This document shows positions 20,517-31,234 of a stretch of 64,000 bases of DNA, in pieces. Made by a program: the position numbers and the translations under genes. Position 1 is the first letter of the stretch. Every line of letters begins with the position of its first letter. A model generated the notes under the pieces. That model did no database searches and had not been told where the DNA came from. It saw nothing but the letters and a program-made list of their open reading frames with translations. The DNA comes from a bacterium (GTDB taxonomy: Bacteria; Patescibacteriota; Dojkabacteria; SC72), in contig JAIORF010000102.1 in NCBI GenBank assembly GCA_021108295.1, forward strand, positions 110,027 through 174,026, read 5' to 3'.

Positions 20517-22322
20517 ATGAGTAAAATTACACTTCTACAGTATTTAGAAAACAAGAAGATTATTAATTCAGCTGACGCTAATAAGGTGCGTGTTGAGAGG
20601 TCTCGCTCTCCAAAGAGTGAAGAGGCCATTATTCGAGAGCTTGGGGTTTTGGATAATGAGGCAATAGCTAGAGCAAAGGCTGAGATATTTGGTATACCAT
20701 ATATAGATTTGCGTAAGGTCCCAGTTCCCGAGAGTGTCATGGCAGAGGTGAATGTAGATAGTTTGCAGAAGTTTAATGCTGTACCGTTTGAAAGAGGTAG
20801 TGACTATGTGAAGATTGCAATGTTAGATCCTTTTGATGTACAGGCGACACAGGCATTACAACAGAAATATCCTTTTGGGACTAAAATACAGGTGCATATT
20901 ACAACCAAGGAGAGTATTAATTTTGTATTAGATCAGAGGGTTGGTGAATTGATGAGCTCAGAGGTTACAGATGCGCTAGAAGATGTGGAGTTACCAATTC
21001 AAGAGATTAGTGATGATCCTAGTCAGATTCTTTCGAGTGAGGAGTTGAGGAATGCTCCGGTTGCTAGGATTGTGAATGCCATATTGCAGTATGGGGTGAC
21101 TTCATCTTCTTCAGATATCCATATTGAGCCTATGGAGTTAAAGTTGAGGGTGAGATTTAGAATTAATGGTGTGATGACAGAACGCTTGGTGTTGCCCAAA
21201 AATCTTACAGCAGCTATTGCTTCTCGTATTAAAATATTGTCTAATTTAAAGATTGATGAGAAAAGATTGCCTCAGGATGGTAGGTTTCAGGTCAAAGTAG
21301 GTGGAAGTAAGGTGGATATTCGTGTTTCTGTGATGCCTACAATCTTTGGTGAGAAAGTAGTTATGCGTCTTTTAGAGTCTGATACTTCTGGAATCACTAT
21401 TGAAACGACGGGATTAAGAGGAAATGCGTACAAGGTTTTCTTGGATAGGATAAGGATAACGAATGGTATTGTACTTGTTACTGGTCCTACGGGTAGTGGA
21501 AAGACAAGAACTTTGGCGTGTGCTTTAATCAAGGTCAATGATCCTAAGGTGAATATCATGTCCTTGGAGAATCCTGTAGAAATACGTATCCCGGGTGTAA
21601 CTCAGATTCAGATTAAACCAGATATTGGATTGACTTTTGCGAATGCTCTTAGATCTGTACTTAGACAGGATCCTGATATCGTTATGGTCGGGGAGATAAG
21701 GGATAGGGAGACTGCTGAACTTGCTGTGCAAGCTTCATTGACTGGTCATTTAGTACTTTCTACTTTGCATACCAATAGTGCTGCTGCCGCTATACCTAGA
21801 CTTCTAGATATGGGCATTGAGCCATATCTTTTGGCTTCTACTATGCGTCTTGTTGTAGCTCAGAGATTGCCACGAAGGGTATGTAAGCACTGTATTGAAG
21901 CATATATTGCCAGTCCACAACTTGTGGAGGATATGGTGAGCCAATTCAAGAATATTCCTAGGTTTGATTTGGTTGGATATATTAACAAGGTAATAGCTTC
22001 TAAGAAACAAAAGGGTGAAGATGGGGCTTCTGTAATGCAGGAGGCGAAAATAGGACCAGATGGTAAGCCAGAGATATATCTTTACAAGGGTAAAGGTTGT
22101 GATAGGTGTGGGGGGAATGGGTATTCTGGAAGGATTGGTATATTTGAGGTGTTGGATGTTACTGAGAAAATAGGTAGAATGATAATGGATCAGTCTACTG
22201 CAGGAGAGATAGAGAAAGAAGCGAAGAGTATGGGGATGATGACTATGATGCAGGATGGGTATTTGAAATCTTTGGAAGGAATTACTACAATAGAGGAAGT
22301 AATGAGAGTGTCTAGGGAATAA
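20517..22322 (+). CDS. pilB: Type IV pilus assembly ATPase PilB (GspE family)
   Basis: N-terminal GspII_E domain, Walker A GPTGSGKTRTL, Asp box, His box, tetracysteine CKHC...CDRCGG zinc motif. Confidence 0.9.
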   Translation: MSKITLLQYLENKKIINSADANKVRVERSRSPKSEEAIIRELGVLDNEAIARAKAEIFGIPYIDLRKVPVPESVMAEVNVDSLQKFNAVPFERGSDYVKIAMLDPFDVQATQALQQKYPFGTKIQVHITTKESINFVLDQRVGELMSSEVTDALEDVELPIQEISDDPSQILSSEELRNAPVARIVNAILQYGVTSSSSDIHIEPMELKLRVRFRINGVMTERLVLPKNLTAAIASRIKILSNLKIDEKRLPQDGRFQVKVGGSKVDIRVSVMPTIFGEKVVMRLLESDTSGITIETTGLRGNAYKVFLDRIRITNGIVLVTGPTGSGKTRTLACALIKVNDPKVNIMSLENPVEIRIPGVTQIQIKPDIGLTFANALRSVLRQDPDIVMVGEIRDRETAELAVQASLTGHLVLSTLHTNSAAAAIPRLLDMGIEPYLLASTMRLVVAQRLPRRVCKHCIEAYIASPQLVEDMVSQFKNIPRFDLVGYINKVIASKKQKGEDGASVMQEAKIGPDGKPEIYLYKGKGCDRCGGNGYSGRIGIFEVLDVTEKIGRMIMDQSTAGEIEKEAKSMGMMTMMQDGYLKSLEGITTIEEVMRVSRE

Positions 22323-22349
22323 AATATTAATTACTTAAGTATAAAGGAA

Positions 22350-23756
22350 ATGGACAATACTGCTCAAAATGTTGGTGTGAATATTTCATATCCAAGTTTT
22401 AATAATGGGGCTAATACTACCCCTACTACTCCACTAGGGGGACCTGGTAGTGCTAATGGAGATTCTTTGAAGGATATTATTCCTGATGTGAAGAAGCCTA
22501 AGGCTGTGGAGCTCTCACCAGAGGAGAGCAATTTAGCAGAACCTACTGTGGAGCAGGATAATCGAGATGATAACTTTTTAATTCCACAGGAGAGTAAGGG
22601 GGATGTTGTTAATGACAAGAAGGAGGAAGTGAATCTGTCTGTACCAGAGACTGACGATCTCCCAGAGGAAAATATTGGTACGAATGTTGTGGGTAAGAGC
22701 AAGATGACTCAACTACTTGAGCATACAATTGAAAAAGGAGCTTCTGATTTACATATCTCTGTTGGGTATCCTCCAATTATACGTGTTGATGGGAAATTGC
22801 AAGAGATAAGTGATCAGATAATAGATCCTGTTGAGGCTGAGGAATTAATTCTCTCTCTTATTACTGATAACAAAAAAGAGTTGTTGGAAGTGAATAGAGA
22901 GATTGATTTTGCGTATAGCCATCAGGCTAAGTATGCTGGTAGATTCAGGGTTAACGCCTTCTATTCTATGAAGAGCCTTTCTGCTGCCTTCCGTCTTATT
23001 CCAACTAGGGTTAGAACTATAGAGGAGTTGAAATTACCACAGCTTTACCATCAATTCACACAACTTAAACAAGGGATGATACTTGTCACAGGTCCCACAG
23101 GACATGGTAAAAGTACAACATTAGCTGCAATGATAGAGGATATAAATAGAACTCGTTTTGCTCATATTGTTACCATAGAGGATCCAATAGAGTATCTTTT
23201 TGAGGGTAAGAAATCTCTAATAGACCAAAGAGAAATGGGACAGGATACTCATTCATGGCCTATTGCTCTTAAGAGTGCAATGAGGCAAGATCCGGATGTG
23301 ATACTTGTAGGAGAGATGAGAGATTACGAAACAATATCTGCTGCGATTACCTTGGCTGAAACAGGACACTTAGTATTTGCTACATTGCATACAAACAATG
23401 CGGCACAGAGTATAGATAGGATGATAGATGTCTTTCCAGAGGTACAGCAAGCACAGATAAGGGCACAATTATCAAACATTTTAGAAGCTGTTGTTGCTCA
23501 GAGGTTGATACCTCTTGATCATGGTGGAAGAATGGCTGTAGCAGAAATATTGATAGTGAACCCTGCAGTCAAGAATCTTATCCGCGAGGCAAAGACTCAT
23601 CAGGTTGACAATGTGATTAGAACAAGTTCAGATGTAGGTATGATTTCTTTAGAGAGATCACTAGTGCACTTAGTGAGGGAGGGTGTTATTAACATTAAAA
23701 CTGCTCAGGAGTTTGCTGTATATCCAGAAGAAGTAGCTAGATTATTAAAGTCATAA
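22350..23756 (+). CDS. pilT: Type IV pilus retraction ATPase PilT with a ~110-aa disordered N-terminal extension
   Basis: Walker A GPTGHGKSTT, PilT signature AVKNLIRE (AIRNLIRE), His box; N-terminal extension is low-complexity G/P/T/N/E-rich. Confidence 0.9.
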   Translation: MDNTAQNVGVNISYPSFNNGANTTPTTPLGGPGSANGDSLKDIIPDVKKPKAVELSPEESNLAEPTVEQDNRDDNFLIPQESKGDVVNDKKEEVNLSVPETDDLPEENIGTNVVGKSKMTQLLEHTIEKGASDLHISVGYPPIIRVDGKLQEISDQIIDPVEAEELILSLITDNKKELLEVNREIDFAYSHQAKYAGRFRVNAFYSMKSLSAAFRLIPTRVRTIEELKLPQLYHQFTQLKQGMILVTGPTGHGKSTTLAAMIEDINRTRFAHIVTIEDPIEYLFEGKKSLIDQREMGQDTHSWPIALKSAMRQDPDVILVGEMRDYETISAAITLAETGHLVFATLHTNNAAQSIDRMIDVFPEVQQAQIRAQLSNILEAVVAQRLIPLDHGGRMAVAEILIVNPAVKNLIREAKTHQVDNVIRTSSDVGMISLERSLVHLVREGVINIKTAQEFAVYPEEVARLLKS

Positions 23757-23760
23757 ATAT

Positions 23761-24993
23761 ATGAAGAAATTTAAATATTGGGCAAGAACACCAGATGGCA
23801 AAGAGGTTAAGGGTAGTTTAAATGCTAGAGACTTGAATGCTGTCTCTGAGATATTGCATGAGAGGGGGCTTGTAATTGTGAAAGTTAAGGACTCTTTTAG
23901 TCTTGATATGAAGAGGTTAACGGAGGTTAATATAGGGGGTGTACCTCTCAAAGAAAAAGTTGTATTTATGAGGCAGATGGCTACTATGGTGTCTGCAGGA
24001 TTAGCCATCACAAGGGCATTGGAAATAATGGAGCAGCAGATTGAGAACCCCCTTTTTCGAAGGGTAATATCCAATGTTAAGGTTGATATAGAATCCGGTA
24101 AGAGTTTGTCAGATGCGTTTAGAGCTCAGCAAGATATCTTTGATGATGTGACACTAAATCTTGTAGAGGCTGGTGAGTCTAGTGGTAAGTTGGATGTGGT
24201 TCTTGTGAAATTAGCGATAGAGTTAGAAGAGAAAAAGTCTTTGAATGCTAAGTTGAAGTCAGCATTGATTTATCCGATGATTATGCTTCTTGTTATTGTT
24301 GCTGTTGTGATACTTCTTATGTTTGTACTTGTTCCTGCGATGTCAGACATTTACGAGGAGTTTAATGCTACTCTCCCATGGACTACGACGGTACTTATTA
24401 ATGTAAGTGCTTTTGTTACCGATTATTGGTGGATTATCTTTATGGTTCTTGGTGTTGCTGTCATTGGTGGTAAAGCATATTTTGATACTCCTAAGGGAAA
24501 GAGGGTAATGGATAAGATAGTTATCAATATCCCTATTGTAAAGGATGTTGTGACCAAGATGCAGGTTGCTCAGTGTACAAGGATTTTGTCTCTCTTACTT
24601 TCTAGTGGTCTATCTATTGTTCGTGCATTAGAACTTACTGCAAATTCTTTATCGAATTCTCTGTTCAGGGATGTCTTACTAGATGCCAAAGATGATGTGG
24701 AGAAAGGAGGGTCCTTAACCCTTCCTATGTCTCGGAGTCAGTACTACCCTCTTCTTGTGAGTAGTATGATTGCTGTAGGTGAAGAGACAGGTAATTTGGA
24801 TGTCGTATTGGAAAAGATAGCACAGTATTACAAGGAGGAAGTTGATGAGGCTACGGGGAATCTTTCTTCCATACTTGAGCCTGTTTTCCTTGTTCTAATG
24901 GGAGTTACTATTGGTTTTATTGCTATGGCTGTATATATGCCTATGTTTCAATTAACAGAGGTGATGACTCAGTTGACAGTATGGTTGGTTTAA
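23761..24993 (+). CDS. pilC: Type IV pilus platform protein PilC (GspF family)
   Basis: Two GspF repeats, three TM segments, 410 aa; follows pilT by 5 nt. Confidence 0.9.
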   Translation: MKKFKYWARTPDGKEVKGSLNARDLNAVSEILHERGLVIVKVKDSFSLDMKRLTEVNIGGVPLKEKVVFMRQMATMVSAGLAITRALEIMEQQIENPLFRRVISNVKVDIESGKSLSDAFRAQQDIFDDVTLNLVEAGESSGKLDVVLVKLAIELEEKKSLNAKLKSALIYPMIMLLVIVAVVILLMFVLVPAMSDIYEEFNATLPWTTTVLINVSAFVTDYWWIIFMVLGVAVIGGKAYFDTPKGKRVMDKIVINIPIVKDVVTKMQVAQCTRILSLLLSSGLSIVRALELTANSLSNSLFRDVLLDAKDDVEKGGSLTLPMSRSQYYPLLVSSMIAVGEETGNLDVVLEKIAQYYKEEVDEATGNLSSILEPVFLVLMGVTIGFIAMAVYMPMFQLTEVMTQLTVWLV

Positions 24994-25039
24994 TGTAATT
25001 TTGTATTAGGGAATATATAAATTATTTTTATTTAAGACA

Positions 25040-25597
25040 ATGAGAAAGAGTTTTAAAGCTTTTACACTTGTTGAGATGCTTATCGTCATGGGAATTATCA
25101 TAATCCTTATGGCTGTCGGTATTGCAAGTGGTAGAGCAGCATTGAGAAATGCAAATAAGATTGAGCATCAGAATGCTGCAGAGCAGATTTATCAAGCTAT
25201 GCAGGGTTACTATGCCGATAATAGAGAGTATCCAGCTGAGGCTACACCTGCAGTTTTACTAGCAGCAGATGGAGATCTTGATGAATATGTAGATGAATTT
25301 GATGGTGGTAGTGCAGCTACATATGCATATCTAGTAGATTCAACACAGCAAGAGTTCTTGGTATGTACGACCATTGGTGGTGCTGGTGATGTAGCACATC
25401 TTGGTATTTACTGTACAGGAAATGGTCTTTCTAGTGATTTAATTACTGGAACACCTACTACAAAATTCTCTGAGTATGTAGCATCTCCAACGGATTATGA
25501 TGATGTCAGGGTTTTATTTGTAGATGCAAATGCTATAGATTGGGACTCTGAGGGAGATTGGGGAACTACAAGGACTGATATTGCAGCTGTAGAGTAA
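25040..25597 (+). CDS. Major type IV pilin (class III signal peptide)
   Basis: MRKSFKA|FTLVEMLIVMGIIIIL: short basic leader, F at +1, E at +5, hydrophobic alpha1 helix. Ala at -1 instead of the canonical Gly. Strong terminator follows. Confidence 0.8.
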   Translation: MRKSFKAFTLVEMLIVMGIIIILMAVGIASGRAALRNANKIEHQNAAEQIYQAMQGYYADNREYPAEATPAVLLAADGDLDEYVDEFDGGSAATYAYLVDSTQQEFLVCTTIGGAGDVAHLGIYCTGNGLSSDLITGTPTTKFSEYVASPTDYDDVRVLFVDANAIDWDSEGDWGTTRTDIAAVE

Positions 25598-25620
25598 CCC
25601 GTTATTTTGTTAGAGATATC

Positions 25621-25642
25621 ACTCCCCTCTTTTGAGGGGAGT
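25621..25642 (+). terminator. Strong rho-independent terminator after the major pilin gene
   Basis: ACTCCCCTC-TTTT-GAGGGGAGT (9-bp GC-rich stem) followed by TTTGGTTATT. Confidence 0.7.
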
Positions 25643-25724
25643 TTGGTTATTACTACGAGCTATTGATGCGAAAAACGAATTAGGTTATCATTAAATACAA
25701 AATATATTTTATTATACAAAGTAA

Positions 25725-26621
25725 ATGAAAAAGAAAATTGTTCTAATAGTGCTTTCGATTGTTTTTGTAATACTACTTATAGCCTCTGTCCTATTTATTA
25801 CTAGGTACACATCTAGTGCAGATAAATATGCTTCCCTTATGAAGCTCTGTTTATCCAGTCAAGATGCTGGTGTCACAACTACCTCGTGTAAAGGGTTTGT
25901 AAAGTCGGTATCGGAAGAAGATTCTGCAAATCCATGCTTTGACTTACTTCTTATTACAGGAGAAGGAGAGTATGAGGAACATACAATGTGTGTGGAGGAC
26001 TCTATAGTGGAGTGGACCAATCCTTATGATGATTACACTAGTCTTATACCAGTGAATATAGATGTAAGTTATAAACAATTCTTGTCCTTAGATATCCTCT
26101 TTAGTGAGAGAGTAAAGATATCTCTTTTGGATGACGAAGAGACGTTTGCCTTTCTTGATAGTGATAATATAGTCGAGGAGAATTCTTCCTTATTTGCTAA
26201 CATCCGTATTCAAGAGAATGAGGCCATTATGGATAAAGGATATTATATGACGGGGAAAAGCGGTTCTGGTGTCTCTGATAATCTTGTGTTTATTCAAGTT
26301 GCAATAAGAGAGATTTTGATAGATGGTTCCGAGATGACTTTTCATCTAGTTAGTTCTATTGATGGCAAGAGGGTTATGTTTGAGGTAAATACAGAGGTTT
26401 TTGAGTATATGCAAGCAGTAGATTATGAGCAAGTAGTAACAGATATTACAGTATTAAATACTTCTGTCTTAGATGTTGAAGAGACCTACGATGTAGTATT
26501 TGTTATCAATCCTAATATTTTTGAATTGGAGGAGTTTATAGAATCAATGTTGTCCATTGATCAAGAGGGACCCTTTGTTATGGAGGGTTTGGAACTTATT
26601 CTGATGATGGCAAACTTTTAG
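25725..26621 (+). CDS. Hypothetical membrane-anchored protein in the pilus locus
   Basis: 298 aa, N-terminal signal-anchor IVLIVLSIVFVILLIASVLFI, acidic extracytoplasmic domain. Confidence 0.45.
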   Translation: MKKKIVLIVLSIVFVILLIASVLFITRYTSSADKYASLMKLCLSSQDAGVTTTSCKGFVKSVSEEDSANPCFDLLLITGEGEYEEHTMCVEDSIVEWTNPYDDYTSLIPVNIDVSYKQFLSLDILFSERVKISLLDDEETFAFLDSDNIVEENSSLFANIRIQENEAIMDKGYYMTGKSGSGVSDNLVFIQVAIREILIDGSEMTFHLVSSIDGKRVMFEVNTEVFEYMQAVDYEQVVTDITVLNTSVLDVEETYDVVFVINPNIFELEEFIESMLSIDQEGPFVMEGLELILMMANF

Positions 26622-26660
26622 GATCCTGCTTGTTTATAGATAAATTCATAGACATCATAT

Positions 26661-28487
26661 ATGTCCAACCCTGAGATAGGAGAGAGTAGTACTTTACAAG
26701 GAGGTTTAGATCCTAACCATTTTGGATTTAAGCCAAAAGCTCGGGATAGTCACGAGATTAGGACTCTTCCTAAAGGAGTTAAACCAGCAATATCAGCAGC
26801 AGTTTTAGCTGCAATAATGACGTCATCTGGAATAGTTGCTTGTACATCTAAAGAAAGCTCTGCTGCTCCAGTAGAACCAACTCCTACGGAACAGTATAAT
26901 CCAACTTTAGTAATGGAAACTCTTCCTGATCCTACAGATGTTGGAGCAACTTTTACCCCAGTCCCACCACCTACTCTAGAGCCTACTGAAGTAATAGAAA
27001 AAGAAGTCGACTTTTTGGGAATGATGGAAGGTCTTGAGGTAGTATCTAGAGAGGAAGTAAGCAGTGTTTATGAAACAATTCAAGGGACAACGGTTTTTGA
27101 GATCCCAGTTACAGAAGGAAAGAGAAGCTTTGTAGATAGCTCAAGAGCAGTATCTATGTATGAGATGGGAGCAGGAATACTTCTTCCAGGGTCTGAGGTA
27201 GTAACAATGGTAGATGGACAAGGTGTAGAAATTAAAATGGTCATTGTGGAAGATATTTTAACATCTGGTGATAACAAATCAATCTTAGTTCTAGTTGTAA
27301 AGGATAAGGAAGGAGAGCTCTTCACTACAGAGCAAGAGGATAGTGGAGCCTTAGTTACTGGAGTAATTCCTAACTTTAGAGAATATACTCCTGAGCAGGT
27401 TGAAACTTTATCCCAATCTTTAGAGAAGTTTAGGGAATATCAGGAACAAATGGGAGCATTTAGGAATGGAGCTAAATATCCTTACAGTCTTGTATTTGGA
27501 GAGGGAGAGAATGAGGTGATATCTTTTCTTGGAGAGATGATGAAAAGGTTGAATGAAAGCGATTCTACAGAACCGGACTTTATTGCAAAATTTGATGAAT
27601 ATGTAAACTCTCGGCTTACTTTGACAGAAGATGGTGCTCTGATAGTTACTTTTCTTCAAGAGGATACATTGCTCCAAAGTGACTTATCAGATCTTTCTGT
27701 AGGAGGGTTTCCTCCCCAAGAGTCCCCGTCAAGTAAGGGAATGACTTTAGAAGAAGAGGAAATGGTAGAGAGTTTAGTAAATTTGTCAGGAATGGGAGTT
27801 TTTCTTAATGACCCAAAGCAGAAAGAACAAGTGTTGGAGTTTGTAAAGTTTAGAGATGCTCTGAATGGTTCTAATGGGAGTGTAGAGGGATTAGGAAAGA
27901 TAAATACAGATAATGAGAATATGAATAATGCAATGGAGTTTCTAGCAAATTTTGTTGAGCAAGGTGGTGAGTGGAACTCAATAGCTTTAGCATACGCTTT
28001 AAGAATAGCATTTCCAGATTTAGGAGTCCCCAAGCTTGGTGATAAGCCACAAGGGACTGTTGTAGAAGTTTTTAGAGATAATAGTGATCCTCGGCTTAGT
28101 GAGGGTATTCCAATTATGATAGATGTGATGAATTTAGGGTATGACTTTCCACAGTTAGCAATTATCCCAACTCTTTATGGTGGATCAATAGCCTTGGGGC
28201 CTCCAGAAGATTTATATCCTAAATTGGATAGTGGAAGTATTATTTTTCGTAAAAATATAGAGATTAAGGAGAATCCAGAAATGGATAAATTACAAGTAGT
28301 TCTTGCTAAAAGTGTGGCAAGTGATGGGAGTATCTCCTATCTTATTGTCGAGCTTGACGAAGAAGGAAAAATGATAGTATATACAAGCCAAGATAATAAG
28401 GATGAGTTGATTGCAAATAAGCAGTGGGTTATAAAGGATGGATATAGTGGACCTAACATTTTCCCTTCTTCACCACCAGGGGGATAA
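26661..28487 (+). CDS. Hypothetical secreted protein or lipoprotein in the pilus locus
   Basis: 608 aa. Hydrophobic segment ending in a lipobox-like IVAC after a long n-region, PT-rich linker, large soluble domain. Confidence 0.5.
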   Translation: MSNPEIGESSTLQGGLDPNHFGFKPKARDSHEIRTLPKGVKPAISAAVLAAIMTSSGIVACTSKESSAAPVEPTPTEQYNPTLVMETLPDPTDVGATFTPVPPPTLEPTEVIEKEVDFLGMMEGLEVVSREEVSSVYETIQGTTVFEIPVTEGKRSFVDSSRAVSMYEMGAGILLPGSEVVTMVDGQGVEIKMVIVEDILTSGDNKSILVLVVKDKEGELFTTEQEDSGALVTGVIPNFREYTPEQVETLSQSLEKFREYQEQMGAFRNGAKYPYSLVFGEGENEVISFLGEMMKRLNESDSTEPDFIAKFDEYVNSRLTLTEDGALIVTFLQEDTLLQSDLSDLSVGGFPPQESPSSKGMTLEEEEMVESLVNLSGMGVFLNDPKQKEQVLEFVKFRDALNGSNGSVEGLGKINTDNENMNNAMEFLANFVEQGGEWNSIALAYALRIAFPDLGVPKLGDKPQGTVVEVFRDNSDPRLSEGIPIMIDVMNLGYDFPQLAIIPTLYGGSIALGPPEDLYPKLDSGSIIFRKNIEIKENPEMDKLQVVLAKSVASDGSISYLIVELDEEGKMIVYTSQDNKDELIANKQWVIKDGYSGPNIFPSSPPGG

Positions 28488-28598
28488 TGAAATTAGAATT
28501 ATTGAATAGAAACTTTATTATTAACTCCAAACCCTTGATGATAAGAAAGAATTAGTTTATTATTAAGTAGAAACTATATTCTAATAATTTAGTAACAA

Positions 28599-31223
28599 AT
28601 GAAAAAGAAAACTGTCTTAGCTATATTTATCGTTTTGTCAAGTTTAGTCTTAGGAAGTTTCATCTTTAAGAGTGATGTTTCTGCATATGACTGTAGGGCT
28701 ATGGGGATGCAATGTCAGGCACCTCATGGAAGTTTTACAAGAAATGTTTGGCAGTGGTATAGAACATTCTACTGCTACAAGCAGACGTGGAGGGTTTATT
28801 ATCGATGTTATGGTAACGATAGAAATTGTACAGGAGGTCATTACTATTATCGAACTTCGGCAGATTGCTGGGCGAAACGTCGTATCAGATTCGCTGGTTG
28901 TTGTGAGGAGATTTCTTGTACCCCCGGCTGTACCCCTCCTGCCTGTCCCTCAGGGACCTCTGCTTCAGGCACAGGAGACTTGTATACCCCTCGTCCTAGT
29001 TGTAGAGACGATTGTGGAGATAGACACTATCGTAATTGTTGGTATGACTGTACAGACCCTACCTGCCAAGAACTTAACTCAGAACTGTATGATGTATGTC
29101 CTGGAGGACAAACCTGTGGAGGTCCTGTCACTATCACCTACACCGACTCAGTAGCCTGTGGAGGAGCTACGCATAGCAAACAATGTGTATTCGTAAGAAA
29201 TAGTCGTCCAGTTAGTACAGACCTCACTATTTACTACGGAGACTTTGGTACAGTCCAAGGAACCCATACTAGCCAATCACCATGGTTTAATAAGATTGTG
29301 AAAAGCCTCTCTGCACAAGAACTAGAAGGTGGAGTAGACCGAATACTAGGATTCACATCTACAGAATACTCCGGAAGTAGCCTTAACAACCCAATCAAAA
29401 TACGAGCAGAATACCAAGATGCCGACGGTTCTAACGATATTGTAGCCATCTATGTATGGTGGTCTGAAAGTGAGACAGTAGATTTCATTACCCCAGATAG
29501 AATAGCGGCTGCCTCTGAAGGCCTCTCTTCTCAATCGGAAAGTGAAGACTCTTGGGGCTTTATGCTAAGACGTGTGGGAGGAAGTTGGACTACAGTATAC
29601 TCACCATATATCAGTAGTACTGATGCAGCTTGGGTTGAAATAGGGTATGTAGGAGGAGGTTCGTCTCCTTCCTCTATTCTCTCTCCTTCTGGCGAAGAAA
29701 TGGCTGTTCTCCATAATGTTGAGGTTACTGATATCTCTGGAGGTAGAGTAGAAATAGAACTCTTACTAGAATTCGTAAACTCGGGGACTAGTCCAGCAAT
29801 AGCTGAAGGAGAATACAAGATATGGAACTTTGCTAATGATGTAGACGGGTTCTTACCGTTTGAAAGTGATCCAGATATAGAAGATGTGATAGTGGATAAC
29901 GACCTTTGGGAAGATAGTACAATGGATTGGAATCTTGATTTAGAAGAACCAAGTATTTGGGCAGAAACTATATCCGAAGTAAGTGACGGAGTTCTAGCTC
30001 TTGATTTTAATGTGTCTGATATAGATAACTTCGGACTCTCCTATGTACGCATAGATGCGTGTAGGACGGGAGGAAGTACTACTGATGTCCTTACACCTAC
30101 ACTTAACGGTGTTCCTGGTAGTTCTTACACCATGCCAACCTGTGATGCATGTTCCTCTTTCTCTGGTATAGATATAACGAGTGATCTAGATCTCTTAGGA
30201 GGCGATGGAACAATCCTTAGTTCTACTACTCATACATACTCCCCAATGACCTTAAGAGTAGCGCTAAATTCTAACGAAAACGGAGCTATAACCTTCTGGA
30301 TAACAGCAATGGATATGGCAGGTAACTACCAACAATCCACAATAATTTACGAACTAGGAAAATGGATGATAGCTACGGATGGTTTTGTGTACGGAACCGA
30401 CGGAGTAAGTGCAAATACGAGGAATATAGCAGATGGTGTATGGAATGCTCCTTCTGAATTGTTTAATTATAACTTTGATGAACCAACCGCAGATTTAACA
30501 GATTTGGTCCTTTTGGGAGGTCATAATAATACGGCAAGCTTCTTGGGTATGTTAGTGAAATACAATGAGAACAATTCTTTTAAAGTTGCTCACTTCCCTG
30601 GAGTCTATATTAATTCTCCTTATACAGAACTTTTAGCAGCTTACAATGCTAAAACAGAGAATCTCTTGCTAGATTACGATGAAATTAGTGATACAAGTAT
30701 TAGTGGTAATCTTACCAGTCTTTTTGGTGCAGTTCATGACTACTATATAGTGAATAATAGTGGGGATACAACCATAAGCTCTAGCTTTGTATGTGATGGA
30801 CAAGGATTGATAATGGTAGATGGTGATATAACTATCACACCCGATGTTGTAAATAGTACGGCTTTGGATGCATGTATAGTGCTTGCTTCGGGAGATATAA
30901 TAATCGAGGATGGTAGTAATAAGACTGATTCTGGTGCGTTTGGGTATGATTTACTCCACGCGTTCCTCATTGCTAACGGAGAGATAATTATAGACGCTGA
31001 CGCTCACAATGATGGTTTACTGGTAGAAGGGGGTTTGGTAGCTTTTACGCCAAATACTGCTAGTGGGGCTATAGTAAACAACAGAGAAATGGATGTAGCT
31101 ACCTCTAATATTTATCCAATATTAGCAGTGAACAACAATGCTAAGTATGGATTACTAAGTAAAGTTCTCTTTGGTTCTCAAATAGATGTGTTTAAGCTTG
31201 AGATTGGGTTTAAGCCTTACTAG
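28599..31223 (+). CDS. Large secreted Cys-rich protein (candidate pilus-associated adhesin or tip protein)
   Basis: 874 aa. Signal peptide, then ~170 aa with more than 25 cysteines and locally elevated GC, then a long beta-rich region with GDI(T/I)I repeats near the C-terminus. Confidence 0.55.
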   Translation: MKKKTVLAIFIVLSSLVLGSFIFKSDVSAYDCRAMGMQCQAPHGSFTRNVWQWYRTFYCYKQTWRVYYRCYGNDRNCTGGHYYYRTSADCWAKRRIRFAGCCEEISCTPGCTPPACPSGTSASGTGDLYTPRPSCRDDCGDRHYRNCWYDCTDPTCQELNSELYDVCPGGQTCGGPVTITYTDSVACGGATHSKQCVFVRNSRPVSTDLTIYYGDFGTVQGTHTSQSPWFNKIVKSLSAQELEGGVDRILGFTSTEYSGSSLNNPIKIRAEYQDADGSNDIVAIYVWWSESETVDFITPDRIAAASEGLSSQSESEDSWGFMLRRVGGSWTTVYSPYISSTDAAWVEIGYVGGGSSPSSILSPSGEEMAVLHNVEVTDISGGRVEIELLLEFVNSGTSPAIAEGEYKIWNFANDVDGFLPFESDPDIEDVIVDNDLWEDSTMDWNLDLEEPSIWAETISEVSDGVLALDFNVSDIDNFGLSYVRIDACRTGGSTTDVLTPTLNGVPGSSYTMPTCDACSSFSGIDITSDLDLLGGDGTILSSTTHTYSPMTLRVALNSNENGAITFWITAMDMAGNYQQSTIIYELGKWMIATDGFVYGTDGVSANTRNIADGVWNAPSELFNYNFDEPTADLTDLVLLGGHNNTASFLGMLVKYNENNSFKVAHFPGVYINSPYTELLAAYNAKTENLLLDYDEISDTSISGNLTSLFGAVHDYYIVNNSGDTTISSSFVCDGQGLIMVDGDITITPDVVNSTALDACIVLASGDIIIEDGSNKTDSGAFGYDLLHAFLIANGEIIIDADAHNDGLLVEGGLVAFTPNTASGAIVNNREMDVATSNIYPILAVNNNAKYGLLSKVLFGSQIDVFKLEIGFKPY

Positions 31224-31234
31224 TTTGCAGTGGT

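Noticed and set aside
28672-29154. 160-aa alternative-frame ORF on the same strand as the Cys-rich 874-aa gene
   Set aside because: It overlaps the N-terminal region of the long continuous ORF that starts with a clear signal peptide; kept the long frame, though a frameshift cannot be fully excluded without reads.
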